DNA from: an uncultured Bacilli bacterium
GTDB taxonomy: Bacteria > Bacillota_I > Bacilli_A > RF39 > UBA660
NCBI GenBank assembly: GCA_934095865.1
Contig: CAKOKU010000002.1
Coordinates: 57,495-121,494, forward strand
DNA: 64,000 nt
Reading direction: 5' to 3'
Of this stretch, positions 10,171 through 19,607 are shown piece by piece. Both the position numbers and the translations under genes were made by a program. The notes beneath the pieces were generated by a model, which saw nothing but the letters and a program-made list of their open reading frames with translations, was not told the DNA's origin and ran no database searches. Within the stretch, counting starts at the first letter, position 1, and each line of letters starts with the position of its first letter.

Positions 10171-11120
10171 TATATATCCATCCTTACTATTTCTTTATAA
10201 TTTTGAGGGAATCCCATCGCATCCATTACTTTATCTATATTAATAGTTTTTAATTTTCCAGCTAGAATGTCTAACTCATATGATATTTCATTTACTAATA
10301 ATCTAAAATCTTCATTTCTTAGTATCTGTCTTAATATAATAATTAATGCAAATAAATCGTCTTTTCCATAAATATATTCACCGTTCATTTTTGGAATATT
10401 TAAGTAATAATGATATTTGTTATCTTCAACAACTCTTTGGGAGCGGTGATTATATAAGATATCTTCATGGGCACATAAGTTACGGTAATTAGACATAATT
10501 GGGAAATACTGACATAGTTGTTCAGAGGATAAGTTATAAATGTCAGCAATTGCTTTTTGATCTTCAGGTTTTAAAATATTATATAATTCACTTATGATAC
10601 CAAAAGATAAGACTTTTACTACAATCCATAAAGGTACATACCCATAATTTGTCATGTAGTGCATGGTTGCAGAATGTTGACCACCATTTACCCGAATTTG
10701 ACGTTGCATTTTTTTAATTAAATCATTAACTTGGCGTTTTTTAGTTGGGTCAGTATTAAAATTTTTAGGATTTAAATAATGTTTTTCTTTAATACCATAT
10801 TTTTTGGAGAGTTGGTATGAGAAAATACTTTTAGCATTATTTTCAACTATTAAGATGTTTTTGAAAATAATATTACGAACTTGGCGGTCGAAATTGAAAA
10901 CAGCATATAATTCGCGAAAATTAGTATTTGTAATGAATGTACGGTCTGTTTCACTTTTTATGAACAAGTGACGGTATCCCATTAAAAAGAAATAATTTTC
11001 TCTTAAAAGAATATCTTTAGCATACTCAATATCATCAATGATTAAACCTTTTTCTTCTAAAATGGTTACTTGTTCATCAATTGTTTTAAATGTCTTTTGT
11101 CTGGACGCCATATAATTCAC
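10170..11120 (-). CDS. Abi_2 (AbiD/AbiF-like) abortive-infection family protein
   Basis: 316 aa. N-terminus KTFKTIDEQVTILEEKGLIIDD...NYFFLMGY matches the conserved N-terminal signature of Abi_2/AbiD/AbiF proteins. Translationally coupled to htrA. Confidence 0.65.
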   Translation of the reverse strand: MNYMASRQKTFKTIDEQVTILEEKGLIIDDIEYAKDILLRENYFFLMGYRHLFIKSETDRTFITNTNFRELYAVFNFDRQVRNIIFKNILIVENNAKSIFSYQLSKKYGIKEKHYLNPKNFNTDPTKKRQVNDLIKKMQRQIRVNGGQHSATMHYMTNYGYVPLWIVVKVLSFGIISELYNILKPEDQKAIADIYNLSSEQLCQYFPIMSNYRNLCAHEDILYNHRSQRVVEDNKYHYYLNIPKMNGEYIYGKDDLFALIIILRQILRNEDFRLLVNEISYELDILAGKLKTINIDKVMDAMGFPQNYKEIVRMDI

Positions 11121-11198
11121 CTATTATTAAATTATATCACACCTGACTAGTAAATGATATCTAATTTAAGTGGTGGTTAAGTCAAAAAATTGTGAAGT

Positions 11199-11756
11199 TT
11201 AAGTGAAATAGTCGATTATCCCAGATGTGATGACTTCGGCGATTTGGGTCTGATATTCTTTGGTTTGTAACTTTTCTCGTTCGTTGGCATTAGAAATAAA
11301 GCCACATTCGACTAATACCCCCGGAAGCTTTAGGCGTCTATACATATATATATTAGGCATATTTTTTATAGAGCGGGGATAACTTATCTCGTTAAAACGT
11401 GCTTGAATTTTCTCGGCTAATTTTTTATTTTCTTCACCATAATAAAATATTTGACCGCCATAATATGATTTATCATCTAAATAATTAATATGAATAGAAA
11501 CATAGAGGTCTGCTTTGGAATTATTTATTAAATCAATACGATTGTCGAAGTCGCTTTTCTTTCTTCTCTTGGCATTAGGTGTTGATAAATCATAATCGCC
11601 ATCTCTAGTTAAAATTACACTAGCTCCATTTTTTATAATTGTTTCTTCTAGGGCATGACTAATTTGTAAGTTTAAGTCCTTTTCTAAAACATTTTGATAA
11701 CTGGTTCCTGGATCATCACCACCATGTCCAAGAATCGGAAAAGTCCAAATTATCAT
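11199..11756 (-). pseudogene. cwlD: 3' portion of split cwlD-like N-acetylmuramoyl-L-alanine amidase gene (Amidase_3)
   Basis: Encodes ...ILGHGGDDPGTSY...ADLYVSIHINY...LVECGFISN...IDYFT (Amidase_3, CwlD-like) but lacks signal peptide/TM. The missing N-terminus is found at 21872-21988. The listed ATG at 11756 is probably fortuitous element-derived sequence. Confidence 0.8.
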
Positions 11757-11764
11757 CTTTTATC

Positions 11765-13372
11765 TTAAAATTCTAAGTTCCATTCTATTTCAATATCTCG
11801 TGTTTTCGTTTCTTTATCATAAACTCCGACATAAACCTTATCAATAAATTCATCAACTATTACTTTGTTTAATTCTTTGATATGCTTATATTTTTTTAGT
11901 ATTTCATCAGCTTGTTTTCGTTCTTCTTTAACAACTTGTAGGTTATTTATCTCATTATCAATCGTTTCAACTCTTTTTGTCATTGATTCGATTTCTCTTA
12001 AATAATCACTAGACATCATACTAAACATATCTTCAGTAATAGTTCCTTTTACCTTATCTTCATATAGATTTCTATAAAAGGTTTTATTATCTTCTATTTT
12101 TTTGTTAAGATTATATTTTTCTTTTTCTAAAACTTTTATTATTTCACAATTACTTGTGTCTTGTTGATTTCTTCTATTATAGAGTTCTTGTAAATTATTT
12201 TGATCGTAGTAATTATCTAGTAAATCATTAATTGCATTAAGTAGTATAGTTTCTAATTCATCCATTCTAATTGCTTTGTTATTATCGCAAGTGTGATATT
12301 TTTTAGCACCTTTACATTGTAGGTATGCTCTTTTACCTGTCTTTTCTCCTTTAACATTGTACACATTTCTCATAAAAACCTTATCACATTCCATACAATA
12401 CACTTTTCTACTTAAATAATGTATCTCTCCTGTTTTAATCGGTTCTTGATGTGTACCTAGTATCTTTTGCACTTTGTTCCATGTTTCCTTATCAATAATA
12501 GCCTCGTGTGAGTTTTCTATTCTACACCAATCTTTTTCTGCTACTTTTTTAAACTTATGAACTTTATATCCCATTGAAGTTATTTTTCCTTGTACAAGAT
12601 TACCTATATAAAATTCATTTCGTAGCATTTGGGCTATGGTATCAGGATTCCATCTTACATTTTTATAATCACAATTAGAACATACAAATTTACTTCCTTT
12701 TTGTTTCTTATATACTGACCTTGGTGGAATATTATTGTTATTTAGATATTCACAGATTTTATGGTAACCATTTCCCTCTGCATACATTTGAAATATCTTT
12801 TTAACAACTTCAGCAGCCACAGGATCAACAACTAACTTGTGTTTATCTTCTTCACTTCTATCATAACCATAAGGAGCAAAACTTCCCATAAATAAACCAT
12901 CTTCTCGTTTATTCTTTAATGACTTTTTGATATTTGTTGATAAATCATCTAAATACCATTCATTGATAAGCCCATTTATTTGTCTTGATTTCTTGTTAGA
13001 TTCAATACTTGTATCAGCGTTATCAACAATACTTACAAATCTTACTCCCCATTCAATAAATTTATTGTGTAAATATCTTTCAATGACTTCCATATCTCTT
13101 GAAAATCTTGATTGACTTTTGCATAAAACTAAATTGATTTTACCACTTTCACAATCTTTGATAAGTCTTTCAAAGTCAGGTCTATAAGTTCCTGCTCCTG
13201 AAAAATCATCATCTGAATAAATATCTACAACATTCCATCCATTTTGATTAGCATATTTTAAACACATACTTCTTTGATTTACTATACTATCACTATCATC
13301 ATTTTTATTTATCTTATCTCTATCTTCATCAGATAATCTACAATATACACCTACCTTTTCTATCATAGCCAT
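11765..13372 (-). CDS. large serine recombinase (resolvase/invertase N-domain + recombinase + zinc-ribbon + coiled coil)
   Basis: 535 aa. N-terminal VGVYCRLSDEDRD (catalytic Ser context). Cys cluster CSNCDYK...CMECDK...CKGAKKYHTCDN. C-terminal coiled coil. Situated 9 bp upstream of the cwlD 3' fragment, as spoIVCA is in skin. Confidence 0.85.
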   Translation of the reverse strand: MAMIEKVGVYCRLSDEDRDKINKNDDSDSIVNQRSMCLKYANQNGWNVVDIYSDDDFSGAGTYRPDFERLIKDCESGKINLVLCKSQSRFSRDMEVIERYLHNKFIEWGVRFVSIVDNADTSIESNKKSRQINGLINEWYLDDLSTNIKKSLKNKREDGLFMGSFAPYGYDRSEEDKHKLVVDPVAAEVVKKIFQMYAEGNGYHKICEYLNNNNIPPRSVYKKQKGSKFVCSNCDYKNVRWNPDTIAQMLRNEFYIGNLVQGKITSMGYKVHKFKKVAEKDWCRIENSHEAIIDKETWNKVQKILGTHQEPIKTGEIHYLSRKVYCMECDKVFMRNVYNVKGEKTGKRAYLQCKGAKKYHTCDNNKAIRMDELETILLNAINDLLDNYYDQNNLQELYNRRNQQDTSNCEIIKVLEKEKYNLNKKIEDNKTFYRNLYEDKVKGTITEDMFSMMSSDYLREIESMTKRVETIDNEINNLQVVKEERKQADEILKKYKHIKELNKVIVDEFIDKVYVGVYDKETKTRDIEIEWNLEF

Positions 13373-13642
13373 TCCTCCAATACTAGAGAACAGCTATAAA
13401 TATTTGTAAATACAAGTATATTATATCTCATATTTAGGATTCTTTAAATGCTAGTTTTTGATTTTCTAAAATCATAATGACATTTAACAATTTATTATTA
13501 AATATACTTTTTAATTCATCATCAGTTCTATTTTCATTTGTCTTAAATTTATATTTTACATTATATACTACCTCCATTTTCTTACTTCCCCCTTTTTTCA
13601 TATTCTATAATCTAAATCCTCCAATCATACACATCTCTCCTT

Positions 13643-14119
13643 TCATTTATAATCTTTCATTAGTTCTTCCATTTCTTTTTGTTCTTCTTCATTTAATGGG
13701 ACTGAAACACATACTTCAGGGTGTTCCAGCCAATAAGGAATTATTTCTTTTCTTTTATTATTCTTTTTATATTTATTATTATTTATATTATGGGTGCAAT
13801 TGCTTGCACTATCATTACTGCAATTTTCTGCATCTTCATCTGCAACTTTTGTTGGTATCTTTTCCATATTTAAATATATTCTTCGTTTACTATTTTCATT
13901 TTTTACTATGATATAGCCTAGTTTCTTTAATTTAGACAATGAGTAATTTATCGTTCTTTCTGATGAATTTATATACTCTTTTAGATAATCATTAGTAGCA
14001 TAACAATACCCTTTATTTAAGGCAAGTGATATGATAAGACTTAAAACATCAATATCAGTTCTTGATAAGTTCTTATCTCTAAATAATATTCGTGGAGTTA
14101 TGATAAATTCACTAGTCAA
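13643..14119 (-). CDS. winged-helix DNA-binding protein (possible replication initiator/regulator of the element)
   Basis: 158 aa. N-terminal wHTH-like DIDVLSLIISLALNKGYCYATNDYLKEYINSSERTINYSLSKLKKLGYI. Confidence 0.45.
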   Translation of the reverse strand: MTSEFIITPRILFRDKNLSRTDIDVLSLIISLALNKGYCYATNDYLKEYINSSERTINYSLSKLKKLGYIIVKNENSKRRIYLNMEKIPTKVADEDAENCSNDSASNCTHNINNNKYKKNNKRKEIIPYWLEHPEVCVSVPLNEEEQKEMEELMKDYK

Positions 14120-14171
14120 TTTTAAAATAATTATTCTCCTTAAATCTAAAATGATATTGGACTTTTTCCTA

Positions 14172-14188
14172 GCCTATTAAAAATAGGC
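14172..14188. promoter_or_regulatory. perfect inverted repeat GCCTATT-AAA-AATAGGC (candidate operator)
   Basis: 7-bp arms with 3-bp spacer, ~55 bp upstream of the wHTH gene start. No T-tract follows, so it is unlikely to be a terminator. Confidence 0.3.
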
Positions 14189-14314
14189 AAAGTTATCCCC
14201 AGAACATAATTTTAAATCCTGTCCCTAGGATTGAATGAAGTTTATTCTATTTTGATAGAAAAGGTACTAACATAAGCCTATATATCTTACTGTACCATAT
14301 CTACTAGGAGTTAT

Positions 14315-14578
14315 TTAACAACCTAGTAGATTTATTGTGTACATTCCTGTATCATATTCCTTGTAGATTAGATACTTTAATTGTTCCAATATTTCAAGAT
14401 TCCTTTTTAAACCTTTATTTTTAATTTTTACTACTTGTTGTAATTCTCCAACATTTAAATCTGTGATAATCCTATCTTGTCCTTTAGCGTAGATATATGA
14501 ATATATCAGTTTTCCCTCAGGTTTGATTCTCTTATCCTTTAAAATCTTTGTTGGCATTTCCTGATGTCTTTTATTCAT
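14315..14578 (-). CDS. small winged-helix DNA-binding protein
   Basis: 87 aa. Pattern similar to the adjacent wHTH protein (IYSYIYAKGQDRIITDLNVGELQQVVKIKNKGLKRNLEILEQLKYLI). Confidence 0.4.
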   Translation of the reverse strand: MNKRHQEMPTKILKDKRIKPEGKLIYSYIYAKGQDRIITDLNVGELQQVVKIKNKGLKRNLEILEQLKYLIYKEYDTGMYTINLLGC

Positions 14579-14753
14579 TCATAGATTTCCTCCTTTCTTG
14601 TCAATTAACATTTTAAGTATAATGTTAACTTTCAGAAACATCTATAATATACATAATAATTACTAACTTGTCAACACTTTTAGAAACAATTTTAATTATT
14701 TTGTTGATTTTAGTTAACATATATGCTATTATGTACTTGTGAGGTGTATTACA

Positions 14754-15257
14754 ATGCAAGAAAAAAAGATTGGCGAAATTATTGCCGAAGCACGAGAAAA
14801 AGCAGGTTATTCGCAAAGGCAACTTGCAAAAGAAGCAAATATTAGTAATGCCGAATTATCTAAAATAGAATCAGGAGAAAGAGAAATACCAAATCCTAAA
14901 ACATTAAGAAAAATAAGTAAATATATAAATGTTAATTATAATGAAATGATGTATAAAATAGGTTTAGGTATGGAAGTCAGTTCATTAAACCCATTTATTA
15001 AAGCCTATTATGAAAAGATGAATTTAGATGAACTGAATGAGGCTGAAATCAATGTTTTAGGTAGTATCGAAAATTCAAGAAAACTTGTTGATTCGTGCAA
15101 AGAGAATTTAAAAAAGAAAAACATATTAGAAAACGAAAAAGAACTACTACTACATACAATAGAAGATACTGAATATCAAATCAATACTTCTAGAGAAATT
15201 GTAAATTTGATTCAAAGTTTAAAAGTAAAGGAGAGAAACAAAAATGCAAAAAAGTAA
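14754..15257 (+). CDS. XRE-family HTH transcriptional regulator
   Basis: IGEIIAEAREKAGYSQRQLAKEANISNAELSKIESGER is a canonical HTH_XRE. Divergent from the wHTH gene, a switch-like arrangement. Start taken at MQEKKIGE. Confidence 0.75.
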   Translation: MQEKKIGEIIAEAREKAGYSQRQLAKEANISNAELSKIESGEREIPNPKTLRKISKYINVNYNEMMYKIGLGMEVSSLNPFIKAYYEKMNLDELNEAEINVLGSIENSRKLVDSCKENLKKKNILENEKELLLHTIEDTEYQINTSREIVNLIQSLKVKERNKNAKK

Positions 15258-15690
15258 AATTTTAATAAGAAATATTGGAATCATATTATTAAATATTTTT
15301 ATGGTAGTAAGCTTGGTATTAGTTTTATTTCAGAAAAATGATTATGGCTATAATTTATATTGGGTTATTAGTCCATTTCTAATGGTATTAGTGTTAATGG
15401 TGATAGGTAGGTGGAGCATAAGAGGATTAAATGTTGATAGAGAAGAATCCCAAGTGATACAACGATCTTTTGATGATACAACAACTATATCAACAGTAAT
15501 CTTTGGAATAATATATCTAACTATACAATTTATAGACTATGTAAAAAATGGTCTAACAAATAATTCAATAATTATTATAATCTTCTTCGTTGTCATGATT
15601 ACCTATGAACTTATAACCTACTTAGCTATATATGTAGCCATAAGAGATACTGCAAGATTATTAGAGAAAACATATAATAAGAAAAAATAG
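15244..15690 (+). CDS. hypothetical multi-pass membrane protein
   Basis: 148 aa, 3-4 predicted TM helices. Overlaps the 3' end of the XRE gene (operon). Confidence 0.45.
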   Translation: MQKSKILIRNIGIILLNIFMVVSLVLVLFQKNDYGYNLYWVISPFLMVLVLMVIGRWSIRGLNVDREESQVIQRSFDDTTTISTVIFGIIYLTIQFIDYVKNGLTNNSIIIIIFFVVMITYELITYLAIYVAIRDTARLLEKTYNKKK

Positions 15691-15876
15691 TCTTTTTCGC
15701 TTTTCGTAAGATTAGCGATTAGACTATTCTTTTATAAAAAGGCGAGGCACGTTTTGTTTGCTTTAGAAAATGAAAGTGGCGATAGCCTTTTTCTTTTTAT
15801 GTAACGATAGTGAAATAAAAAGGCAACTATATTACATTGTGAAACTTTGTAATATAAGTTGCTTCTAGGGTTTCCA

Positions 15877-15892
15877 AAGGGAATATTCCCTT
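15877..15892. promoter_or_regulatory. 16-bp perfect palindrome AAGGGAATATTCCCTT
   Basis: Seen directly, in a 350-bp non-coding region inside the element. Candidate protein-binding site. Confidence 0.3.
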
Positions 15893-16047
15893 GGCACACA
15901 TCGTTATTGGCTTGCCAATACCGTAGTGTGTTACTATAATGAAATTATAGTCTATAAAATCGAGCCATTAGTTGCTTAATTTCTTTTGGCTCGGTTTTTA
16001 TTTTAAACTGTTTTATAGATTGTAATTTGTAATTATTTCTATATATG

Positions 16048-18147
16048 CTATTTAGTATTTATTTTTTTACAAATTGGACATCCTCTACCTCTATTTCTAT
16101 TTGATATAATTGCTTCCCACTCATGTCCTTTGTTACATTTCCACCATACCTTTTTTCCACTGTTTGATGCAACCATATCTGGTTTTAAATCACCATTTTT
16201 TTCATAATTCCATTCTTTTGTAAGTGTTGGATTAATAGTTGCAAGATCATTATATCCTTTAAGTATTTGTTTATTTTTACAAACTGGGCATCCTTTTCCT
16301 TTATTTCTATTATCAATACTTGCTTCCCACTCATGTCCTTTGTTGCATTTCCACCATACCTTCTTATTAGCATTTGCTGTAACCATATCTGGTTTTAAAT
16401 CACCATTTTTTGAATAATTCCATTCTTTTGCAAGTTCTGGATTAATAGTTGCAAGATCATTATATCCTTTAAGTATTTGTTTGTTTTTACAAATTGGACA
16501 GTCATTTCCATTTGTCCTATTTGATATAGTTGCTTCCCACTCATGACCTTTGTTACATTTCCACCATACCTTTTTATTACTTCCTAAAGTTACATCTTTA
16601 GGGGTTAATGATGCGTTCTTTTCATAGTTCCATTCTTTCGCAAGTATTGGATTAGTAGTTGCAAGGTCATTATACCCTTTATGTATTTGCTTGTTTTTAC
16701 AAATTGGACATCCTCTGCCTTTATTTCTATTTGATATATAGGTTTCCCACTCATGACCTTTATTACATTTCCACCATACCTTTTTATTAGCATTTACTGT
16801 AACCATGTCAGGTTTTAAATCACCATTTTTTTCATAATTCCATTCTTTTGCAAGTGCTGGGTTAATAGTTGCAAGATCATTATACCCTTTAAGTATTTGT
16901 TGACTTGCACAAATTGGACAACCAACTCCATCTGTTCTACTATATATACTTGCTTCCCACTCATGACCTTTATTACATTTCCACCATACCTTTTTTCCAC
17001 TGTTTGATGCAACCATATCTGGTTTTAAATCACCATTTTTTTCATAATTCCATTCTTTTGCAAGTTCTGGATTAATAACCATTAATGAATGTTTCTTTTG
17101 TCTTTTTATAAATGATGTATATATTAAAATACGGTCTCTATCCAAATTAACATCTATGGTTTTATTAAAATGTTTTACTATATGTTCGATGGCAAATTTA
17201 ATTCCTTCATCAGAATATGTACATGGTATTATTTTTAAATAATCATTTTCTATAATTTCTTCTTTGAAATCTTCCTTTACTCTAAAAAGAAGAATTTCAT
17301 TTTCTTTACAAAGTTTATTTTTTCTTTCATCTTTTTCTGGATTCTGATGCCAAAATATCCCATCATATTCAACAGCAACTTTTTGTGATGGAATAAAAAT
17401 ATCTAACTCCATTTTCAAATGGCGATCACCATTTATAGCATCTGGAAACAATTTTTTTAAATAAAAATAAATTGCCTGCTCTGGAAAAGAAGTTTGTAAT
17501 TCTCTTGCACAAATTGGGCAACCATTACCTTTATTTCGACTAGATATAATTGCTTCCCACTCATGCCCTTTAACACATTTCCACCATACTTTTTTATCAC
17601 TATTTGGCTTTACCATATTTGGTTTTAAATCACCATTCTTTTTGTAATTCCATTCTTTTGCGAGTGTTGGATTTATAGTTGCTAGATCATTATACCCCAT
17701 GATTGATTGCCTACCTGAGCAAAAAGGACATCCAATGCTCTTACTTCTACTTTTTATACAGGCTTCCCATTCATGTCCTTCAGAACATTTCCACCATACC
17801 TTCTTACTGCTCCCTATGGTTACATCTTTAGGGGTTAATGGTGCATTCTTTTCATAATTCCATTCTTTTACTAAATCCGATCTTTTGTCAAATAGACTGC
17901 CATTTTTTTCTACTAAGGCTTTAATCCTATTTTTTCCTCTTTTAGAAAGTGAGCATATCGGACAGCCTCTACCTTTATTTCTATTTGATATACTTGCTTC
18001 CCACTCATTTCCACATTCGGAACATTTCCACCATACCTTTTTATCGCTTCCTGTTGTTAATAACTTTGGATTTAATCCTTCATTTTTTGAATAATTCCAT
18101 TCTTTCATTAGATATTCATTATCGATTAAATATTTTTTGTCTTTCAT
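16048..18147 (-). CDS. multi-zinc-ribbon (treble-clef) repeat protein with central Vsr/DUF559-like PD-(D/E)xK nuclease domain
   Basis: 699 aa from MKDKKYL (GGTGA-type RBS upstream). Eight ~57-aa repeats LAKEWNYEKNGDLKPDMV...KKVWWKC.KGHEWEA.IS.R.KG.GCPIC, three before and five after a core ELDIFIPSQKVAVEYDGIFWHQ...ILLFRVKE resembling Vsr/DUF559 endonuclease folds. Confidence 0.6.
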   Translation of the reverse strand: MKDKKYLIDNEYLMKEWNYSKNEGLNPKLLTTGSDKKVWWKCSECGNEWEASISNRNKGRGCPICSLSKRGKNRIKALVEKNGSLFDKRSDLVKEWNYEKNAPLTPKDVTIGSSKKVWWKCSEGHEWEACIKSRSKSIGCPFCSGRQSIMGYNDLATINPTLAKEWNYKKNGDLKPNMVKPNSDKKVWWKCVKGHEWEAIISSRNKGNGCPICARELQTSFPEQAIYFYLKKLFPDAINGDRHLKMELDIFIPSQKVAVEYDGIFWHQNPEKDERKNKLCKENEILLFRVKEDFKEEIIENDYLKIIPCTYSDEGIKFAIEHIVKHFNKTIDVNLDRDRILIYTSFIKRQKKHSLMVINPELAKEWNYEKNGDLKPDMVASNSGKKVWWKCNKGHEWEASIYSRTDGVGCPICASQQILKGYNDLATINPALAKEWNYEKNGDLKPDMVTVNANKKVWWKCNKGHEWETYISNRNKGRGCPICKNKQIHKGYNDLATTNPILAKEWNYEKNASLTPKDVTLGSNKKVWWKCNKGHEWEATISNRTNGNDCPICKNKQILKGYNDLATINPELAKEWNYSKNGDLKPDMVTANANKKVWWKCNKGHEWEASIDNRNKGKGCPVCKNKQILKGYNDLATINPTLTKEWNYEKNGDLKPDMVASNSGKKVWWKCNKGHEWEAIISNRNRGRGCPICKKINTK
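16050..18100. repeat. intragenic tandem ~171-bp coding repeats with long near-identical stretches
   Basis: For example 16141-16230 and 16981-17070 are essentially identical. Several alternate-frame ORFs in the six-frame track are artefacts of this repetition. Confidence 0.8.
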
Positions 18148-18258
18148 TTTCTCACCTTGCTTCAACAAATTATTATTTCTAGCTAAATTACATAAATAAT
18201 TATACCAAAAAAAACAACTCATATACTAGCAGTTGTTATTTAGTTTCGTCTTACTTTT

Positions 18259-19536
18259 TTACATACTTATTTCATAATCATTCTTTTCTTTTTCTTTAGA
18301 TTTTTTACTAGTTTTTAAATAACTAGGTGCTTTTACATAATCAAATAATTCATCTTCTTTGGTAGTTCCTCTTAATATTTTAACAACATCATTCATATCA
18401 AAATCGTTGTTATCAAAATAGTCTTTTATTTCAGTTGTAGTGGCTTCTTTCGTAGGTTCATTACCAATTTGTAATAATTTTCTGAAAAAGTGTTTTATAG
18501 CCTCCAAAATGGCTTTTAAATAGTCTTTAAGATGGTTATTCTCTTTTGTTAAGTTTTGATTTCTTGTAGTAAGTGCTTTTACTTCTCGTTGTAGATTTGC
18601 ATTTTCTTTTTCTAATGTTTGATGACTTTTACTAAAAGTATTTACCTCGTTAAATAATTGTTCCATTTTAGGTTGAAATTCCATAACCTTTTTAGTTTCT
18701 TTTATTACATTTTGCATACTAGCAAAAGTATCTTTTCGTACCTTTACATATTCTTTATCTATTAAAGTATTTTTAGTAGTTTTCATTTTTTCTTCAAATT
18801 CATTCATAGCATTATCAAGATTTTTATTTATAGTAGTTACTTTAGTTTCATAATATCTTGTTGTTTTCTTGAATTCCTTTACTTTTTGATGTTTTCTATC
18901 ACTACCCTTAATACCTCTTTCTAATTCAAAACCATTTTCTCTTAATCTTAAATTATAAATATCTTGCAATTCAGATAAGTGTATATTGTCTCTAATATAT
19001 TGCTTTTTAGAGATAGTAAACCTTTCTGTATTTGTTCTTTTATCAAACTTCTTAATAAGGGGTACAACAACACAATGAATATGAGGTGTTAGTTCATCCA
19101 TGTGTATTGTTGCGTGTAATATTTGTTCTTTCTTATAACCTAAATCATTGTAAACAAAATCCATACAAGTATCAGCCCATCTCATTATTTCATCTTCACT
19201 CATATTATCAAAAAATTTATGTGTTGCAGTAAACATGAGTTCATCAGCTACAACACTTTTAGATTTATTTAACATTTCATTAAATGTCTTTTTTCTTTCA
19301 GGTCGTTCATTTTTCATACGTTCATTATGCTCTTTTTCATAATCTTTTACAAGCAATTTAAAACCCTTAACATATTTCTCTGCTAAGGGTACTAATTCTA
19401 TATTATTTTTAGTTAATTCTAATTTAATATCTTTATTACTTTTATATGCTTTTTTCTCTCGTTTATTGTGTGATCCTATTTGTGCTAAATCGTTTATAGT
19501 CATTATTGGTTGACTTCTAAATATTCCATAATTCAT
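18259..19536 (-). CDS. mob: MobV-family (Mob_Pre) mobilization relaxase
   Basis: N-terminus MTINDLAQIGSHNKRE (HN.R motif); HIHCVVVP (HxH motif); long coiled-coil C-terminal half. Typical plasmid/IME Pre/Mob architecture. Confidence 0.75.
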   Translation of the reverse strand: MNYGIFRSQPIMTINDLAQIGSHNKREKKAYKSNKDIKLELTKNNIELVPLAEKYVKGFKLLVKDYEKEHNERMKNERPERKKTFNEMLNKSKSVVADELMFTATHKFFDNMSEDEIMRWADTCMDFVYNDLGYKKEQILHATIHMDELTPHIHCVVVPLIKKFDKRTNTERFTISKKQYIRDNIHLSELQDIYNLRLRENGFELERGIKGSDRKHQKVKEFKKTTRYYETKVTTINKNLDNAMNEFEEKMKTTKNTLIDKEYVKVRKDTFASMQNVIKETKKVMEFQPKMEQLFNEVNTFSKSHQTLEKENANLQREVKALTTRNQNLTKENNHLKDYLKAILEAIKHFFRKLLQIGNEPTKEATTTEIKDYFDNNDFDMNDVVKILRGTTKEDELFDYVKAPSYLKTSKKSKEKEKNDYEISM

Positions 19537-19607
19537 TTATCGTTCCTCTCTTTCTTAAAAAATTGCATAATAAAAGACACTTCACTATTAAAGTATCTTT
19601 TTGAAAT

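Noticed and set aside
9055-11120. htrA and Abi_2 as cargo of the serine-recombinase element
   Set aside because: The cwlD 3' fragment (chromosomal) lies between them and the recombinase. The element boundary maps inside cwlD at about 11727.
11732-11756. ATG at 11756 as the genuine start of the amidase
   Set aside because: The product would lack the signal/TM and first ~35 aa of CwlD. The missing N-terminus is found at 21872-21988. The MIIWTFPIL extension is read-through into element DNA.
13477-13911. 144-aa L/F/Y-rich ORF on the plus strand
   Set aside because: Low-complexity translation of AT-rich DNA that overlaps the minus-strand wHTH gene 13643-14119 and its upstream region. No RBS. Spurious.
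16185-17012. Three 62-65-aa ORFs (16185-16373, 16605-16793, 16815-17012) and plus-strand ORFs 17885-18182
   Set aside because: Alternate-frame or antisense readings of the repeated zinc-ribbon coding units inside the 699-aa gene. Their mutual similarity just reflects the DNA repeats.
16048-18222. Possible CRISPR array, suggested by regular ~171-bp repeats
   Set aside because: Repeats are in-frame coding modules of a single long ORF with conserved Cys/His/Trp residues. No short direct repeats with unique spacers, and no cas genes.
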